A DNA stretch of 63,986 nucleotides, counting the filler, from an uncultured bacterium (GTDB taxonomy: Bacteria > CAYJOG01), in the NCBI GenBank assembly GCA_964371695.1. It is 14 parts of 14 records of this genome, joined end to end, with 100 filler letters (N's around TTAATTAATTAA, not from the genome) between each part and the next. Parts side by side here need not be neighbours in the genome. Positions count along the whole stretch, not along the records: positions 18,866 to 23,450 come from CAYJOG010000279.1; positions 23,551 to 28,127 come from CAYJOG010000280.1; positions 28,228 to 32,800 come from CAYJOG010000281.1; 11 more parts are not named here. The stretch is one strand, 5' to 3'. How positions within the stretch are numbered: position 1 is the stretch's first letter; each line of letters begins with the position of its first letter. Shown piece by piece: positions 19,044 through 29,573 of the stretch. Made by a program: the position numbers and the translations under genes. The notes below the pieces were generated by a model that worked only from the letters and a program-made list of their open reading frames with translations, was not told where the DNA came from and did not search any database.

Positions 19044-20468
19044 ATGTCTGCGCCCACCACGCCGCCTTCCCGCCTGAGAGACGTTGACGTGGTGGTGATT
19101 GGCAGCGGCCCGGCAGGCAAACACGGGGCCATTCAGGCCGCCAAGCTGGGCAAAAAAGTGGTGCTGGTGGAGCGCGAGCCCATGTTGGGCGGGGCCTGTG
19201 TGAACACCGGCACCCTGCCCAGCAAAACCCTGCGTGAAAGCGTGCTGGACCGCCACCGCGCCGAAACGTGGTCGGCCCTCAAGCGGGGGCTGCCCCACGT
19301 GGCCCGCAGCGCTTTTGAGGGACTGCTGCACCGCATGGACGACGTGATTGAAAGCGAGCGGGAGTTTCAGGAACGCCAACTGGGCAAAAACGGCATCGAG
19401 GTCATCACCGGCCACGCCCGGATGCGAGACGCCGACACCGTGCTGGTGGAAGGGGCCGAACACACGGTGATTCTGCGCACCGGGCTTACGCTCATCGCCA
19501 CCGGTAGCCGCCCTTATTGCCCCGGTGATATTCCTTTTGATCACGAGCGCATTCTGGACAGCGACAGTGTGCTGCGCCTGCGCGAAGCGCCCAAGAGCAT
19601 GGTGATTCTGGGCACCGGCGTTATCGCCTGTGAATACGCGGGCATTTTTGCCGCCATGGGGGTGGACATCAGCATGGTGGACGCCCGGCCGGATGTGTTG
19701 CCGTTTCTGGATAAAGAAATACTGGAGCGTTTCATGGCCAGCATGAAGGCGCGGGGAGTGAACTTTGTGCTGGGCACAGAGCCGCAGCACGTGGAACGCA
19801 GCAACGACGGTGTGCGGGTGGCGCTCTCCAATGGCCGGGTGCTGTGGAGCCGCACCCTGCTTTGTTGTCGGGGCCGCACCCCTAACACTGACCAGATGGG
19901 CCTGAAGGAACTGGGCGTGGCCCTGGACAAACGGGGGCATGTGGTGGTGGACGGCAATTTCGCCACCAGTGTGCCGGGCATTGTGGCGGCGGGAGACGTG
20001 ATCGGCGCGCCCTCGCTCGCGAGCGCCAGCATTGACCAGGGCCGCATCGCCGTGGCCACCGCCCTGGGGCTGCCGGTGCAGGGGTTCCCGGCCCTGTATC
20101 CCTATGGCATCTATTCCATTCCAGAGATTTCCGGCATTGGCCTGACCGAAGAAGAAGCCCGCCAGAACGGCCACACCGTGCAGGTGGGGCGGGCCTATTA
20201 CCACGAATGCGCACGGGGGTTCATCAACGGCGAAACCGACGGCCTGCTCAAACTGATTGCCGATGCGGACACGGCCAAACTGCTGGGTGTGCATTGCATC
20301 GGTTATCAGGCGGCGGAATTGGTACACATTGGCCAGGCGGTGCTGCAACTGGGGGGCACGCTGGAGTATTTCCTCCAGAACGTCTTCAACTACCCCACGC
20401 TGGCCGAAATGTACAAAATCGCCGCCATGAACTGCTGGAACAAGATCAAGCGCAAGACAGTGGGTTAA
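19044..20468 (+). CDS. sthA: Soluble pyridine nucleotide transhydrogenase
   Basis: GSGPAG, GGACVNTGTLPSK (single Cys), GIYSIPEIS, ELVHIGQ, VFNYPTLAEMYK.AA. Confidence 0.92.
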   Translation: MSAPTTPPSRLRDVDVVVIGSGPAGKHGAIQAAKLGKKVVLVEREPMLGGACVNTGTLPSKTLRESVLDRHRAETWSALKRGLPHVARSAFEGLLHRMDDVIESEREFQERQLGKNGIEVITGHARMRDADTVLVEGAEHTVILRTGLTLIATGSRPYCPGDIPFDHERILDSDSVLRLREAPKSMVILGTGVIACEYAGIFAAMGVDISMVDARPDVLPFLDKEILERFMASMKARGVNFVLGTEPQHVERSNDGVRVALSNGRVLWSRTLLCCRGRTPNTDQMGLKELGVALDKRGHVVVDGNFATSVPGIVAAGDVIGAPSLASASIDQGRIAVATALGLPVQGFPALYPYGIYSIPEISGIGLTEEEARQNGHTVQVGRAYYHECARGFINGETDGLLKLIADADTAKLLGVHCIGYQAAELVHIGQAVLQLGGTLEYFLQNVFNYPTLAEMYKIAAMNCWNKIKRKTVG

Positions 20469-20528
20469 GAATCCCTTCATTTCACATCCGCTGAACGTCT
20501 GGCGGGATTCGGTTAGCATGAGTGCTTC

Positions 20529-23357
20529 ATGGCCGTGATCATTGCCGATGCCTCTGAGGCGGTGAACGCCCAGGAGCGCAAAAAGCTGCAACTTGCCCTG
20601 GGCAGGCTGGACTTTTTTTTGGCGGACGCCCGTGAGTCAGTGCTGGTGGAGCCCCACGACCGAGCGCTGGAAAAAATCAACGGCCTGTTGAGGCTGGCGG
20701 CGCTGCTGGTAGATAAAATGCCCCCCGCCCAAACGGCCAAGGCCCTGGCGGCACGGGATGAAGCGGTGATGCTGCTGGGGCAGTCCCACTTGCAGAACGG
20801 CACCCTGAACGAGGCCATAGACGCCTATGGCGACGCTTTCTCGGCTCTGCTGGACCGAGGCGCCAGCGCCGAACAACTGTCTGGGGCGTTGGTGGGATTG
20901 ATTCGGGCCAACCTGCAAAAAGGGGATTTTCTCAAGGCCCGTCAGGCCCTCAAGCAGATTCAGGGTTTGTCCGAAAAAGACGAGGCCCCGATTCTCGCCA
21001 GCCTGAAAAAACTGTGGGAGGGCGAAATCCTGCTGAAGGAAGGCAAAGCCAAAGAGGCCCACCCTTGCCTGGAGGAAGCCCTCACCCACATGCAAAAGGT
21101 GCCTCTTTCTCTTGTGAGTGGCCTCACGCAACTGGGGCTGTTCAGCGCACTCACGCGCATCAGCCGGGGTTTGGCAGACCCTGTGCGCGCGCGCCGCTGG
21201 CTGGCCCATGCCTTTACCTGGCTGGAGAAAATCTCCACCAGCAAACAGTTTGTGCAGCCGTCTAACCGGCTGGTTTTGTGGCACTTTGCCAAGGAACTGG
21301 TGGAACTGCTGGAGGGCAAGGAAAAGGAACTGCGCCGTCGCGAGGTGGCCCTGGCCATGGCCGAGGTGCTTTTTTTGAAAGGCCGCTGGGCGGCGTCGCT
21401 GGAATACGTCAAAACCGCTGAAGACGGCCTGGCTTTTGACCACGCCCACGCCCGCGCCATGCTCACCAAGGCCCGTTCGCTGGGGGCATTGCGGAAATAT
21501 GGCGAGGCCGTGAAATGTGTGGACGAAGCCCTGGACTGGGGGGGCAAACAGCGGGCCAGTTCATTGTGCGCCAAAGGCTGGCTGGAGAAAGGCGTGCTGT
21601 TGTTGCGCCAGGGCAGCGACAACGAGGGCCTGAAATGTTTGGTGCAGGCCAGGTCCGAGGCGGGCCAACTGGACCGTTTTCACAGCCTCACCATCACCGC
21701 CCGCACCCGGCAGCAAGAGGCTTTTCTCGAAATCAAGCGCAATTCACCCAAAAAAGCGCTTGAGGTGCTGGACTCCTGCAAGGAAATGCTCGAAGGCCAG
21801 CCCGTGTCTCAGGCCAAGGGTGAAATGCTGCGCCTGATTGGCCAGTGCCACACCGAACTCCGGGATTTCGCCAAGGCCGAGCGTTTTCTGCTGGAGAGCC
21901 TCTCGGTGTTTCAGGAACTGGAAATGGTCAACGAAGTGGCCCAGGCCTATCGCCAGCTTGGCCTGAACGCCACGCAAAAAGCAGCGCTGGAGGAAGCCAA
22001 TTTTTATCTGGATGAGGCCATTGAGATATTGCAGCGCCTGGACATGGTGAGCGAGATTCCCCTGCTGTATACGCAAAAAGGCAAGCTGGCCATGCTGCAG
22101 GAGGACTACAAGGAAGCCGAGCGTATTTTTCGTGAAGAAATGGCTGCCAGCCGCCGGGCGGCCAACCCCCACATGCTGGCTTTTGCCCACTATCACCTGG
22201 GACAACTGTTCCGCATGCAGAAGCGGGTGATTCTGGCCGAGAAACTGTTGGGTGATGCGGCCAATCTTTTTTTGGGGGAGAGCAACCGGCGTTATCAGGG
22301 CTTGGCGCACATGGAACTGGCCATGTTGTTCACCGACGAGAAAAAACCCATGCGCGCCCTGGAGTATCTCGCCAAGGCCGAGCCTCTGCTCAAGGAGCAG
22401 CACAACCCCTTCATCCTGGCGAAGTTTTATATGGTCAAGGGCCACGTGCTGGCCGAGGTAAAGGGCAAGGGGGCCGAGGCCCGGCACTGGTACAAAATGG
22501 CCCTTGAAATCTACGAAAAACAACCCCAGTCCTCTCTGGAACTGGCCGAGGCCTATCACGAAATGGCGGACCTCATGCGCCAGCGCAACGACATGGGCCA
22601 GTGCATCACTTTTTATCGCAAGGCCATCCACACCGCCGAACTATTGGGCTTCAGCATGAAAACCACCCGCTGGCTCGAGGAACTGGAAAAAATCAGCCCC
22701 GAAGATGCCCGCAAAATCAAGATGCAGTCCCTGGCCGGCGAGCAGGTGGTGGAGCGCATGGAAAAGGCCGGCAGCAGCGGCATGATGAGCGTGAGTCGCC
22801 AGGAACTCAGCATCTACTTTGTGGACATCCGGGGTTTCACCTCCACCACTGAGCGGCTGTCGTTGCAGGAAATGACCAGTTTTCTCAATGACTTTTACCT
22901 GAACATGAGCGCTGTGGTGATGCGCAACCGGGGCATGATCAACAAGTTCATCGGCGACAACATCATGGCGCTCTACAACGTCTCCAACGAACTGCCCGAT
23001 CATCCCCTGTGGGCGGTGCGCACCGGCATGGAAATGCAGGCCGAAATCAACAAAATCAACACCCGGCGAGAAAAACGGGGCGAGGTGCCCATCAACCTGG
23101 GGGTGGGCGTGAACACCGGAGAAGTATTGCTGGGCAGCTTTGGTTCGGTGTTGCGTCAGGACTTCACCGCCATCGGCGACGCGGTGAACACGGCGGCGCG
23201 GTTGCAGTCCCAGGCCAAGGCAGGCGAGGTCATCATTTCCGACGCCACCTATCAGCGCATCAAAGACAGGTTCCAGTGTGTGAGCCTGGGAGAGGTGCAA
23301 GTGAAGGGCAAGGCCCACGCCGTGCGTATGTGGCGGGTAGAGAAAGAGCTGGATTGA
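20529..23357 (+). CDS. TPR-repeat class III adenylate cyclase
   Basis: TPR-like helices, then FVDIRGFT, KFIGDNIMA, DFTAIGDAVNTAARLQS, VKGK. Confidence 0.92.
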   Translation: MAVIIADASEAVNAQERKKLQLALGRLDFFLADARESVLVEPHDRALEKINGLLRLAALLVDKMPPAQTAKALAARDEAVMLLGQSHLQNGTLNEAIDAYGDAFSALLDRGASAEQLSGALVGLIRANLQKGDFLKARQALKQIQGLSEKDEAPILASLKKLWEGEILLKEGKAKEAHPCLEEALTHMQKVPLSLVSGLTQLGLFSALTRISRGLADPVRARRWLAHAFTWLEKISTSKQFVQPSNRLVLWHFAKELVELLEGKEKELRRREVALAMAEVLFLKGRWAASLEYVKTAEDGLAFDHAHARAMLTKARSLGALRKYGEAVKCVDEALDWGGKQRASSLCAKGWLEKGVLLLRQGSDNEGLKCLVQARSEAGQLDRFHSLTITARTRQQEAFLEIKRNSPKKALEVLDSCKEMLEGQPVSQAKGEMLRLIGQCHTELRDFAKAERFLLESLSVFQELEMVNEVAQAYRQLGLNATQKAALEEANFYLDEAIEILQRLDMVSEIPLLYTQKGKLAMLQEDYKEAERIFREEMAASRRAANPHMLAFAHYHLGQLFRMQKRVILAEKLLGDAANLFLGESNRRYQGLAHMELAMLFTDEKKPMRALEYLAKAEPLLKEQHNPFILAKFYMVKGHVLAEVKGKGAEARHWYKMALEIYEKQPQSSLELAEAYHEMADLMRQRNDMGQCITFYRKAIHTAELLGFSMKTTRWLEELEKISPEDARKIKMQSLAGEQVVERMEKAGSSGMMSVSRQELSIYFVDIRGFTSTTERLSLQEMTSFLNDFYLNMSAVVMRNRGMINKFIGDNIMALYNVSNELPDHPLWAVRTGMEMQAEINKINTRREKRGEVPINLGVGVNTGEVLLGSFGSVLRQDFTAIGDAVNTAARLQSQAKAGEVIISDATYQRIKDRFQCVSLGEVQVKGKAHAVRMWRVEKELD

Positions 23358-23394
23358 ATGACCGAATGAGACTACGGGTTCATTCGACTCAAAA

Positions 23395-23423
23395 GGAGTA
23401 GCAGCGATGTCCCCATCGCTGCT
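23395..23423 (+). repeat. GTAG-type REP-like hairpin (GGAGTAGCAGCGATGTCCCCATCGCTGC)
   Basis: GTAG followed by a palindrome; related to 51258..51342. Confidence 0.65.
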
Positions 23424-23550
23424 GTATTGGTGCGGTGGGGACACCGCACCNNNNNNNNNNNNNNNNNNNNNNNNNNNNNNNNNNNNNNNNNNNNTTAATT
23501 AATTAANNNNNNNNNNNNNNNNNNNNNNNNNNNNNNNNNNNNNNNNNNNN

Positions 23551-23600
23551 GGCCACGGCGGTCGAATAAATCCACGGAGGGATTTATGAGATGAGTTCTA
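23551..23600. mobile_element. MITE family F end (truncated at contig start)
   Basis: Nearly identical to 51550..51599 (...GATTTATGAGATRAGTTCTA). Confidence 0.7.
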
Positions 23601-23633
23601 GACATCCCACTTGCCCCGGCTAAAATCCGGCCC

Positions 23634-23999
23634 ATGCACAACAAACCCCGGCGTCTGCCCCAGATGGGCTTTACTTTGGGCTACCGGCTCATGCACCTGC
23701 CCCCCTCTCAGTGGGTGGAGGTTTACGACGAAGATGGCCGCGAGGTGGGCATTCACCGCGACGTGGAAGGTCTGGTGAAAAACGCCCTGGTTCAGGCGCG
23801 GGACATGCAGTTGCAGGTGGTGGGGACTTCTGAAACCGAAACCGCATGGATTCAGGAACAATCCCGCGAGTTCCGCGAACTGGCCCACAAACTGGCCCAG
23901 CATCAGGAACAGTTCGCCAAGTCCAAAAAGCTGACCCCCGCCAGCCTGCGTTATCAATGGGCCGAGAAAAATGGCCGCCTGCGCCTGTCGCTTTCTTGA
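23634..23999 (+). CDS. Hypothetical protein
   Basis: 121 aa, coding bias, TAAAAT 7 nt upstream. Confidence 0.7.
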   Translation: MHNKPRRLPQMGFTLGYRLMHLPPSQWVEVYDEDGREVGIHRDVEGLVKNALVQARDMQLQVVGTSETETAWIQEQSREFRELAHKLAQHQEQFAKSKKLTPASLRYQWAEKNGRLRLSLS

Positions 24000-24111
24000 G
24001 AATCTGTGCACTCTGCCATCGTTCCCTCTCCCTCAAGGGGAGAGGGGGTCGAGGGCGCTCTATTGTTTGGTTAACGGGTACGACAAGGCGGAAAACAGTG
24101 CATAAACCTCA
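23997..24111. repeat. Imperfect inverted-repeat element starting at the TGA stop and containing a CCCTCTCCC..GGGAGAGGG hairpin
   Basis: TGAGAATCTGTGCACT ... AGTGCATAAACCTCA. Confidence 0.45.
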
Positions 24112-24174
24112 GAAAAAGGAACTGGCGCGCATTTTTGAAGTTCGCCCACTTGGCCGCCCACTTGGGGGCACACC

Positions 24175-25172
24175 ATGATTGAAGCCTTTGGCCTGTGCAA
24201 AAACTATGGCCAGCGCGTGGCGGCCCAGGACGTGCGCTTCACCGTGGGCGAAGGCGAGACCGTGGCCCTGCTGGGCAAAAACGGCGCGGGCAAAACCACC
24301 GTCATGCGCATGCTCACCTGCTTCATGGCGGGGGGNNNNNNNNNNGCTTCATGCCCCCCAGCGCGGGCACCGCCACGGTGGCCGGGTTTGACCTGCACCG
24401 CCAGACGCAGTCGGTGCGCCGCAGCATCGGTTATCTGCCCGAAGCCCCCCCGGTTTATCCTGGCCTGCCGGTGCGCGAATACCTGGGTTTTGCCGCCCGC
24501 CTCAAACGTGTGCCCCGCGCCGAGGTGGCCGGGCGCGTGGCCTGGGCCATGGAAAAAACCGCCATCACGCCAGTGGCGGACAGGCTCATTGGCCACCTCA
24601 GCAAGGGTTACCGCCAGCGCGTGGGTCTGGCCCAGGCCTTGGTGAACCGCCCCAAGGTGCTGATTCTGGATGAACCCACCGTGGGCATGGACCCCACGCA
24701 GATCATCGAAATCCGCGAACTCATCAAAGCGCTGAAGGGCGAGAGCACCATCATGCTCTCCACCCACATCCTCGAAGAAGCCAGCGCCGTGTGCGACCGC
24801 ATCGTCATCATTCACGAAGGCCGCGTGGCCGCCCAGGGCACCTTTGAGGAACTGCGCAAACAGGCGGTGAAAGACCGGCGCATCCATCTGCTGGTCAAAG
24901 ACGACACCCAGACCCTCACCGCCGCGCTCAAGGCCACCCAGGGTGTGGTGTCGGTGGATGAAAACCCCGAGCACCAGGAGGCTGGCGTCAAACGCCTCAC
25001 CGTACACACGTCCTCGGAAAACGACCTGCGCGAAGCGCTGTTTCTGGTGGCGGCCAAGTCGGGCGCACGGGTGCTGGGCTTTTTGCCAGAGAAAGCCTCG
25101 CTGGAGGACATCTTTTTGAACATCACCCAGGCCCAGGATGAAAAATCCGCCGCCGCCCAGGAGGCCCCATGA
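24175..25172 (+). CDS. ABC transporter ATP-binding protein (GldA-like), interrupted by a 10-N assembly gap
   Basis: GKNGAGKTT, LSKGYRQRVG, LILDEPT; GCTTCATG is duplicated on both sides of the gap. Confidence 0.9.
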
Positions 25173-25900
25173 ACATCGGCCCCATTCTCTCAAAAGAGCT
25201 GAGCCTGCTGGGCCGCGCACCGGGCACCTGGGTGGTGGGGGCAGTGCATCTTTTTGTGCAGGGGCTGATTTTCGCCCTCTTGGTCATCACCATGATTCAG
25301 CAGACGGGCCGCCTGCACCCGCAGATGGTGCTGCCCACCTTTGTGTGGCTGCCGCTTTTTTTCGTCATCCCCGCTTATTGCATGAGGCTCTTCACCGACG
25401 AAGCCCGTTATCACACCGATGAACTGCTGTTCACCAGCCCGGTGAGCAGCATGGGCGTGGTGCTGGGCAAGTGGCTCGCCGCCAGCGCCGTGGCCCTGCT
25501 GCCCCTGTTGGTGGGCGGGGCGTTTTATGCCTATGTCATGAGTGTGTGGGCCAAGGTGGCCGTGGCCCCGGTGCTGCTCTCGTTTGGCGCGCTCATGCTG
25601 GTGACGCTGCTGTTCACCGCCGTGGGGGCGCTCACCGCCGTGATGAGCCTGAACAGCATGGTGTGCCTGTTTCTGCACTTTGGCACGCTGCTGTTGCTGC
25701 TGTTGCTGGACAGCCTGGGCAACATGCCCCTGGGCGGCGGCGGACTGGCCGACACACTGGCCCAGTTCAGCCTGTTCACCCACCTGGAAAGTTTCGCCGA
25801 GGGAGCCATTGAACTGGTGGACGTGGCCTATTTCGTGCTGGCCATCGCCGGTCTGCTTTTTGTCACCGCACGGGTGATAGACCAGAGGCGGTGCGTATGA
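25169..25900 (+). CDS. ABC-2 type permease (GldF-like)
   Basis: MRLFTDE...ELLFTSP...VLGKW; multiple TM segments. Confidence 0.88.
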   Translation: MNIGPILSKELSLLGRAPGTWVVGAVHLFVQGLIFALLVITMIQQTGRLHPQMVLPTFVWLPLFFVIPAYCMRLFTDEARYHTDELLFTSPVSSMGVVLGKWLAASAVALLPLLVGGAFYAYVMSVWAKVAVAPVLLSFGALMLVTLLFTAVGALTAVMSLNSMVCLFLHFGTLLLLLLLDSLGNMPLGGGGLADTLAQFSLFTHLESFAEGAIELVDVAYFVLAIAGLLFVTARVIDQRRCV

Positions 25901-27507
25901 CCCCCCAACCCCAGGACTGGAAACGCGATCTGCCGGGTTATCTGGGCTTGGGTCTGTTGCTGGGTGCCCTGGGCGCGCGCCTGGGGGGACAACTCATGGG
26001 TTTCAACCCCCACCCGGTGGTGCTGGGCCTGCTCTTGGGCGTCTCGGCGCTGCTGCTGGTGATTCACCTTTATCTCAACCTCAGCCGCAGCGCCTTTTTG
26101 GGCGGCGCGCAGAACATCATGCTCTCGGTCATGTTCCTGGCGGTGCTGGTGGTGCTGTTCCTCTTTGCCCAGCGCAACCCCAAACGGTGGGACTTTCTGT
26201 ACGCCTATTACACCCTCAGCCAGCAAAGCAAAGCTGTGGCTCGGTCCCTGAAAGACGGCGGCCAACTGGTGGTGCTCTACCCCCCCGGCTCACAGCGAAA
26301 CATGGTGCTCAAGCTGGCCCGCCAATACGCCGCCGAAAACCCCAAGCTCAGGGTTCTGGCCGTGGACATCAACGACCCGGCGGTGAAGTCGGCCTACAAA
26401 ATCGACTCGCCCGACGCGAACGGCCAGATGCTGGTGCGCCTCGGCTCCAAAACCAAGTCCATCTTCAGCCACGAACTGTATGAGATGGGCCAGGAGCCCA
26501 TGGGCCAGCCGGGCAAAGAGACCTTTCGGGGCGAAGAGGCCATCACCAAGGCGCTGCTCTCACTCAAGCAACAACGCGGCACCCACGTGTGTTTCCTCTC
26601 CGGCCACGGCCAATACCCCATGGAAGGGGCCAAAACGCCCCTGCGCACCGCCCAGGAACTGATGCACAACGACCTGTACGAAATCAGGGCCGTCAACCTG
26701 GTGCGCGAAGGCCGCGTGCCCGGCGACTGCAACGTGCTGGCCGACGTGGGCAGCCAGACCGACCTGAGCAGCACCGAAAAAGACCTGTTGCTGGCCTTTT
26801 TTGCCCAGGGGGGCCGCCTGATGGTGAGTCTGGCCAAAAACCCGGCGGAACTGCCCAACTGGCGCTTGCTGCTGAATGACCTTGGCATGGAAACCGTGCC
26901 GGGACTGCTGATTGACCCCTATGTGCGAGACATCAGGACCAACGAAGCGGCCCCCATCACCTTTGCCCTGCCCCTGGAACACCCGGTGAGCGAAGCGGTG
27001 AAGGAGTCCTCCCAGCTTGTCCAACTCATGCGGGCCCACGGCCTGCGCATCAAGGGCGAAAGCCCCGGTGGCCTGAGCGCCGTGGCCGTGCTGCAAAGCA
27101 CACCCTCCACCTATGCCGACAAAGCGGCAGAAGCGGAACACCCGCTCTTCACTGCGGGCGACGACAAACGGGGCCCCTTTGACGTGGCCGTGGCCGTGGC
27201 CCGGCCTTCGGCGTTGGAAAACCGCCTGACCAAAGAAGGCCGCCTGCTGGTGGTGGGCGGACCAATCTGGCTGGTGGACAGCGAACTCAGCGTGTGGCAC
27301 CCCAATCAGCAACTCTTCCTCTCGGCGCTGGGCTGGCTCAGCGGCAGCGAGGTGCGGGTGAAGGCCCGCCCCAAACCCCTGGGCGCACAGGCCAGCAATC
27401 TTTCCCCCAACCAGACCATCCTCGCGTGGCTTGTCTCCCTGCTGCTGCTGCCCCTGGCCTTCCTGGCCATCGCGGGCTTTGCCTGGAGCCGCGCACGGGG
27501 GCGGTAA
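25897..27507 (+). CDS. GldG-like ABC auxiliary component
   Basis: RWDF...YTLSQQS, FLSGHG, GGRL, N.QLF, C-terminal TM. Confidence 0.85.
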   Translation: MTPQPQDWKRDLPGYLGLGLLLGALGARLGGQLMGFNPHPVVLGLLLGVSALLLVIHLYLNLSRSAFLGGAQNIMLSVMFLAVLVVLFLFAQRNPKRWDFLYAYYTLSQQSKAVARSLKDGGQLVVLYPPGSQRNMVLKLARQYAAENPKLRVLAVDINDPAVKSAYKIDSPDANGQMLVRLGSKTKSIFSHELYEMGQEPMGQPGKETFRGEEAITKALLSLKQQRGTHVCFLSGHGQYPMEGAKTPLRTAQELMHNDLYEIRAVNLVREGRVPGDCNVLADVGSQTDLSSTEKDLLLAFFAQGGRLMVSLAKNPAELPNWRLLLNDLGMETVPGLLIDPYVRDIRTNEAAPITFALPLEHPVSEAVKESSQLVQLMRAHGLRIKGESPGGLSAVAVLQSTPSTYADKAAEAEHPLFTAGDDKRGPFDVAVAVARPSALENRLTKEGRLLVVGGPIWLVDSELSVWHPNQQLFLSALGWLSGSEVRVKARPKPLGAQASNLSPNQTILAWLVSLLLLPLAFLAIAGFAWSRARGR

Positions 27508-27577
27508 AACACCCCCTTGGCCTTTGTGCTTGCAAGCCTGCCGGGGTGGGTATAATCGCCCGTCTTTGGAGGCTGCT

Positions 27578-28127
27578 GTGGACCCTGAGAGCAAGACCCA
27601 ACAATTCCTGAAACTTCGCCAAGAGACCCTTCAGGGCGACTCTCTCGCCAATGAAAAACAGCACGAGCGCGGCAAATTCACCGCCCGTGAGCGAGTGGAC
27701 ATGCTGCTGGACAAAGGCACGTTCAGCGAAACCGACATGCTGGTGGAGCACAACTGCACCGACTTTGGCCTGAGCGACAAAAAAACGCCGGGCGACGGCG
27801 TGGTGACGGGTTATGGCACGGTGGATGGCCGCCCGGTGTGCGTGTTCAGCCAGGATTTCACCATTTTCGGCGGCTCTCTGGGCGAGCGGTTCGCCACCAA
27901 GGTGTGCAAGGTCATGGACACCGCGCTCAAGGCGGGTCACCCGGTGATCGGCCTGAACGACAGCGGCGGCGCGCGGATCCAGGAGGGCGTGGCCAGCCTG
28001 GGGGGTTACGGCGAAATCTTTTACCGCAATGTCACCGCCAGCGGCGTGGTGCCGCAGATCAGCGTCATCATGGGCCCCTGCGCGGGCGGCGCGGTCTATT
28101 CCCCCGCCATGACCGACTTCGTGTTCA
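27578..28127 (+). CDS. pccB: Acyl-CoA carboxylase carboxyltransferase beta subunit (3' truncated)
   Basis: [59 protein letters not shown] and upstream TATAAT. Confidence 0.9.
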
Positions 28128-28227
28128 NNNNNNNNNNNNNNNNNNNNNNNNNNNNNNNNNNNNNNNNNNNNTTAATTAATTAANNNNNNNNNNNNNNNNN
28201 NNNNNNNNNNNNNNNNNNNNNNNNNNN

Positions 28228-28876
28228 CCCCCGGCGCCCCCCCCCCGGCGGCGGCCGCCGCCCCGGGCGGGGGCGGCGGGGGGGACATGTCCGCCATGGG
28301 GTCTTCAAACATGCCTGCCATGGGGTCGTTAAAACCTCCGCCCGAAAAAGCCTGGGCGGGGGCCTCGCTGGGCATGGTCGCCATGGGGTCTTCAAAAAAA
28401 CCGCCGGATTCCGGCGCAGGCGGGGGTGGTTCATCCATTGGCATGGCGAAGCCGTCATCGGGCGGGGATTCGGCCTGGGGCGGGGCGGTGGGCTGGGCGG
28501 TGTTCGCCATCAGGTCATCCACCGACATGGGCTGCGCACGCGCCGCCGCATTTTTTTCTTCTTCCGATTCGGTGGTGCCGTGTTTGAACTCATACACCGC
28601 CCGGCCAAAAGTGCCCTCCAGCAGCATGTCCACACCCATGTCTATCTGTTCCTGGGCAATGGCGGGGCGCAGGCGGATGGCTTCGCGGTACATGCTCAGG
28701 GCCTGCACGTCGTCTCCCGCGCGCTCCAGGGCCTCGGCGTAGTGAAAAAACGCAAAGGCATGGCTGGGGTCGGCGACCACGGCCTTGGCGAAAATGCCCA
28801 GGGCCTTTTTGCTGTCGCCCTTGGCCAGCAGCGCCTGGCCCTGCGAAAGCAGCAACGTGGCCTTGTCACTGGACAC
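28228..28876 (-). CDS. TPR protein with Met/Pro-rich low-complexity region (3' truncated)
   Basis: Two TPR motifs, then repeated F(E/N)DPMA and poly-Pro. Confidence 0.75.
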
Positions 28877-28993
28877 GGCACACCCCCGCAGCCGCAACAC
28901 AGGCGCGGCTTTTCAAGCCCTTTGAATGGGTGGAATACCCCACACTATTAGTATAGAACGTGACAGCGGGTTTCAGCGCGTGCCCCGTGTCGG

Positions 28994-29533
28994 TTATTCC
29001 AGAAACCCCTTCAGCTTCTCTGTCACCTGAGCCACGGCTTTTTCGGTGGCCGCGCCCGAAAGCACCAGCCGCAGCACGCCGTCCCTGTCCAGCACCAGCA
29101 CCTGGGCCACGCCGGGTTTGAACACCGTCTGGGCGGCGGCGCTGCCCTCCCAGTCCAGGGCCACGGGAGGCTTGGCGGGCTGGTCGGCGGCGGCCAGGAA
29201 AAACCCCTTCACCATGCCCCGCATCATGGCGGGCACGCCCTTGAGGTGCGCCACAGCGATGATTTTGAGCGTGGGGGGATCTTCTTTCAGTTCCTGGGCA
29301 AAGGCCTTGGCCAGAGCCGCGCCCCAGGCCTCGGACTGCGCCGCCCCCTCTTTGTCGCTGAGCACCACCACGGCGGGTGTGTCTTCGGGGGGGACTTCCA
29401 CGGCCTGGCCATATTGGTCGGTCAGGGTCAGGGCAAAACCCTTCTGGCCCTCTTTGATGACCGCCGCCTGCGCCACACCGGCCCAAATCGTGGCGACCAT
29501 CACAAAAGTTACTAAACCCTGCCAGCCTTTCAT
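28994..29533 (-). CDS. Exported thioredoxin-like (YtfJ-like) protein
   Basis: Signal AQA, FALTLTDQYG, VALDWEG, VLDRDG. Confidence 0.7.
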   Translation of the reverse strand: MKGWQGLVTFVMVATIWAGVAQAAVIKEGQKGFALTLTDQYGQAVEVPPEDTPAVVVLSDKEGAAQSEAWGAALAKAFAQELKEDPPTLKIIAVAHLKGVPAMMRGMVKGFFLAAADQPAKPPVALDWEGSAAAQTVFKPGVAQVLVLDRDGVLRLVLSGAATEKAVAQVTEKLKGFLE

Positions 29534-29573
29534 CGTCTTAAGTATAGGAACTCTGGCAGGAGGAACACTGACT

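Noticed and set aside
24320-24360. Apparent frameshift in the ABC ATPase
   Set aside because: A 10-N gap with GCTTCATG duplicated on both sides; merging restores LTCFMPPSAG.
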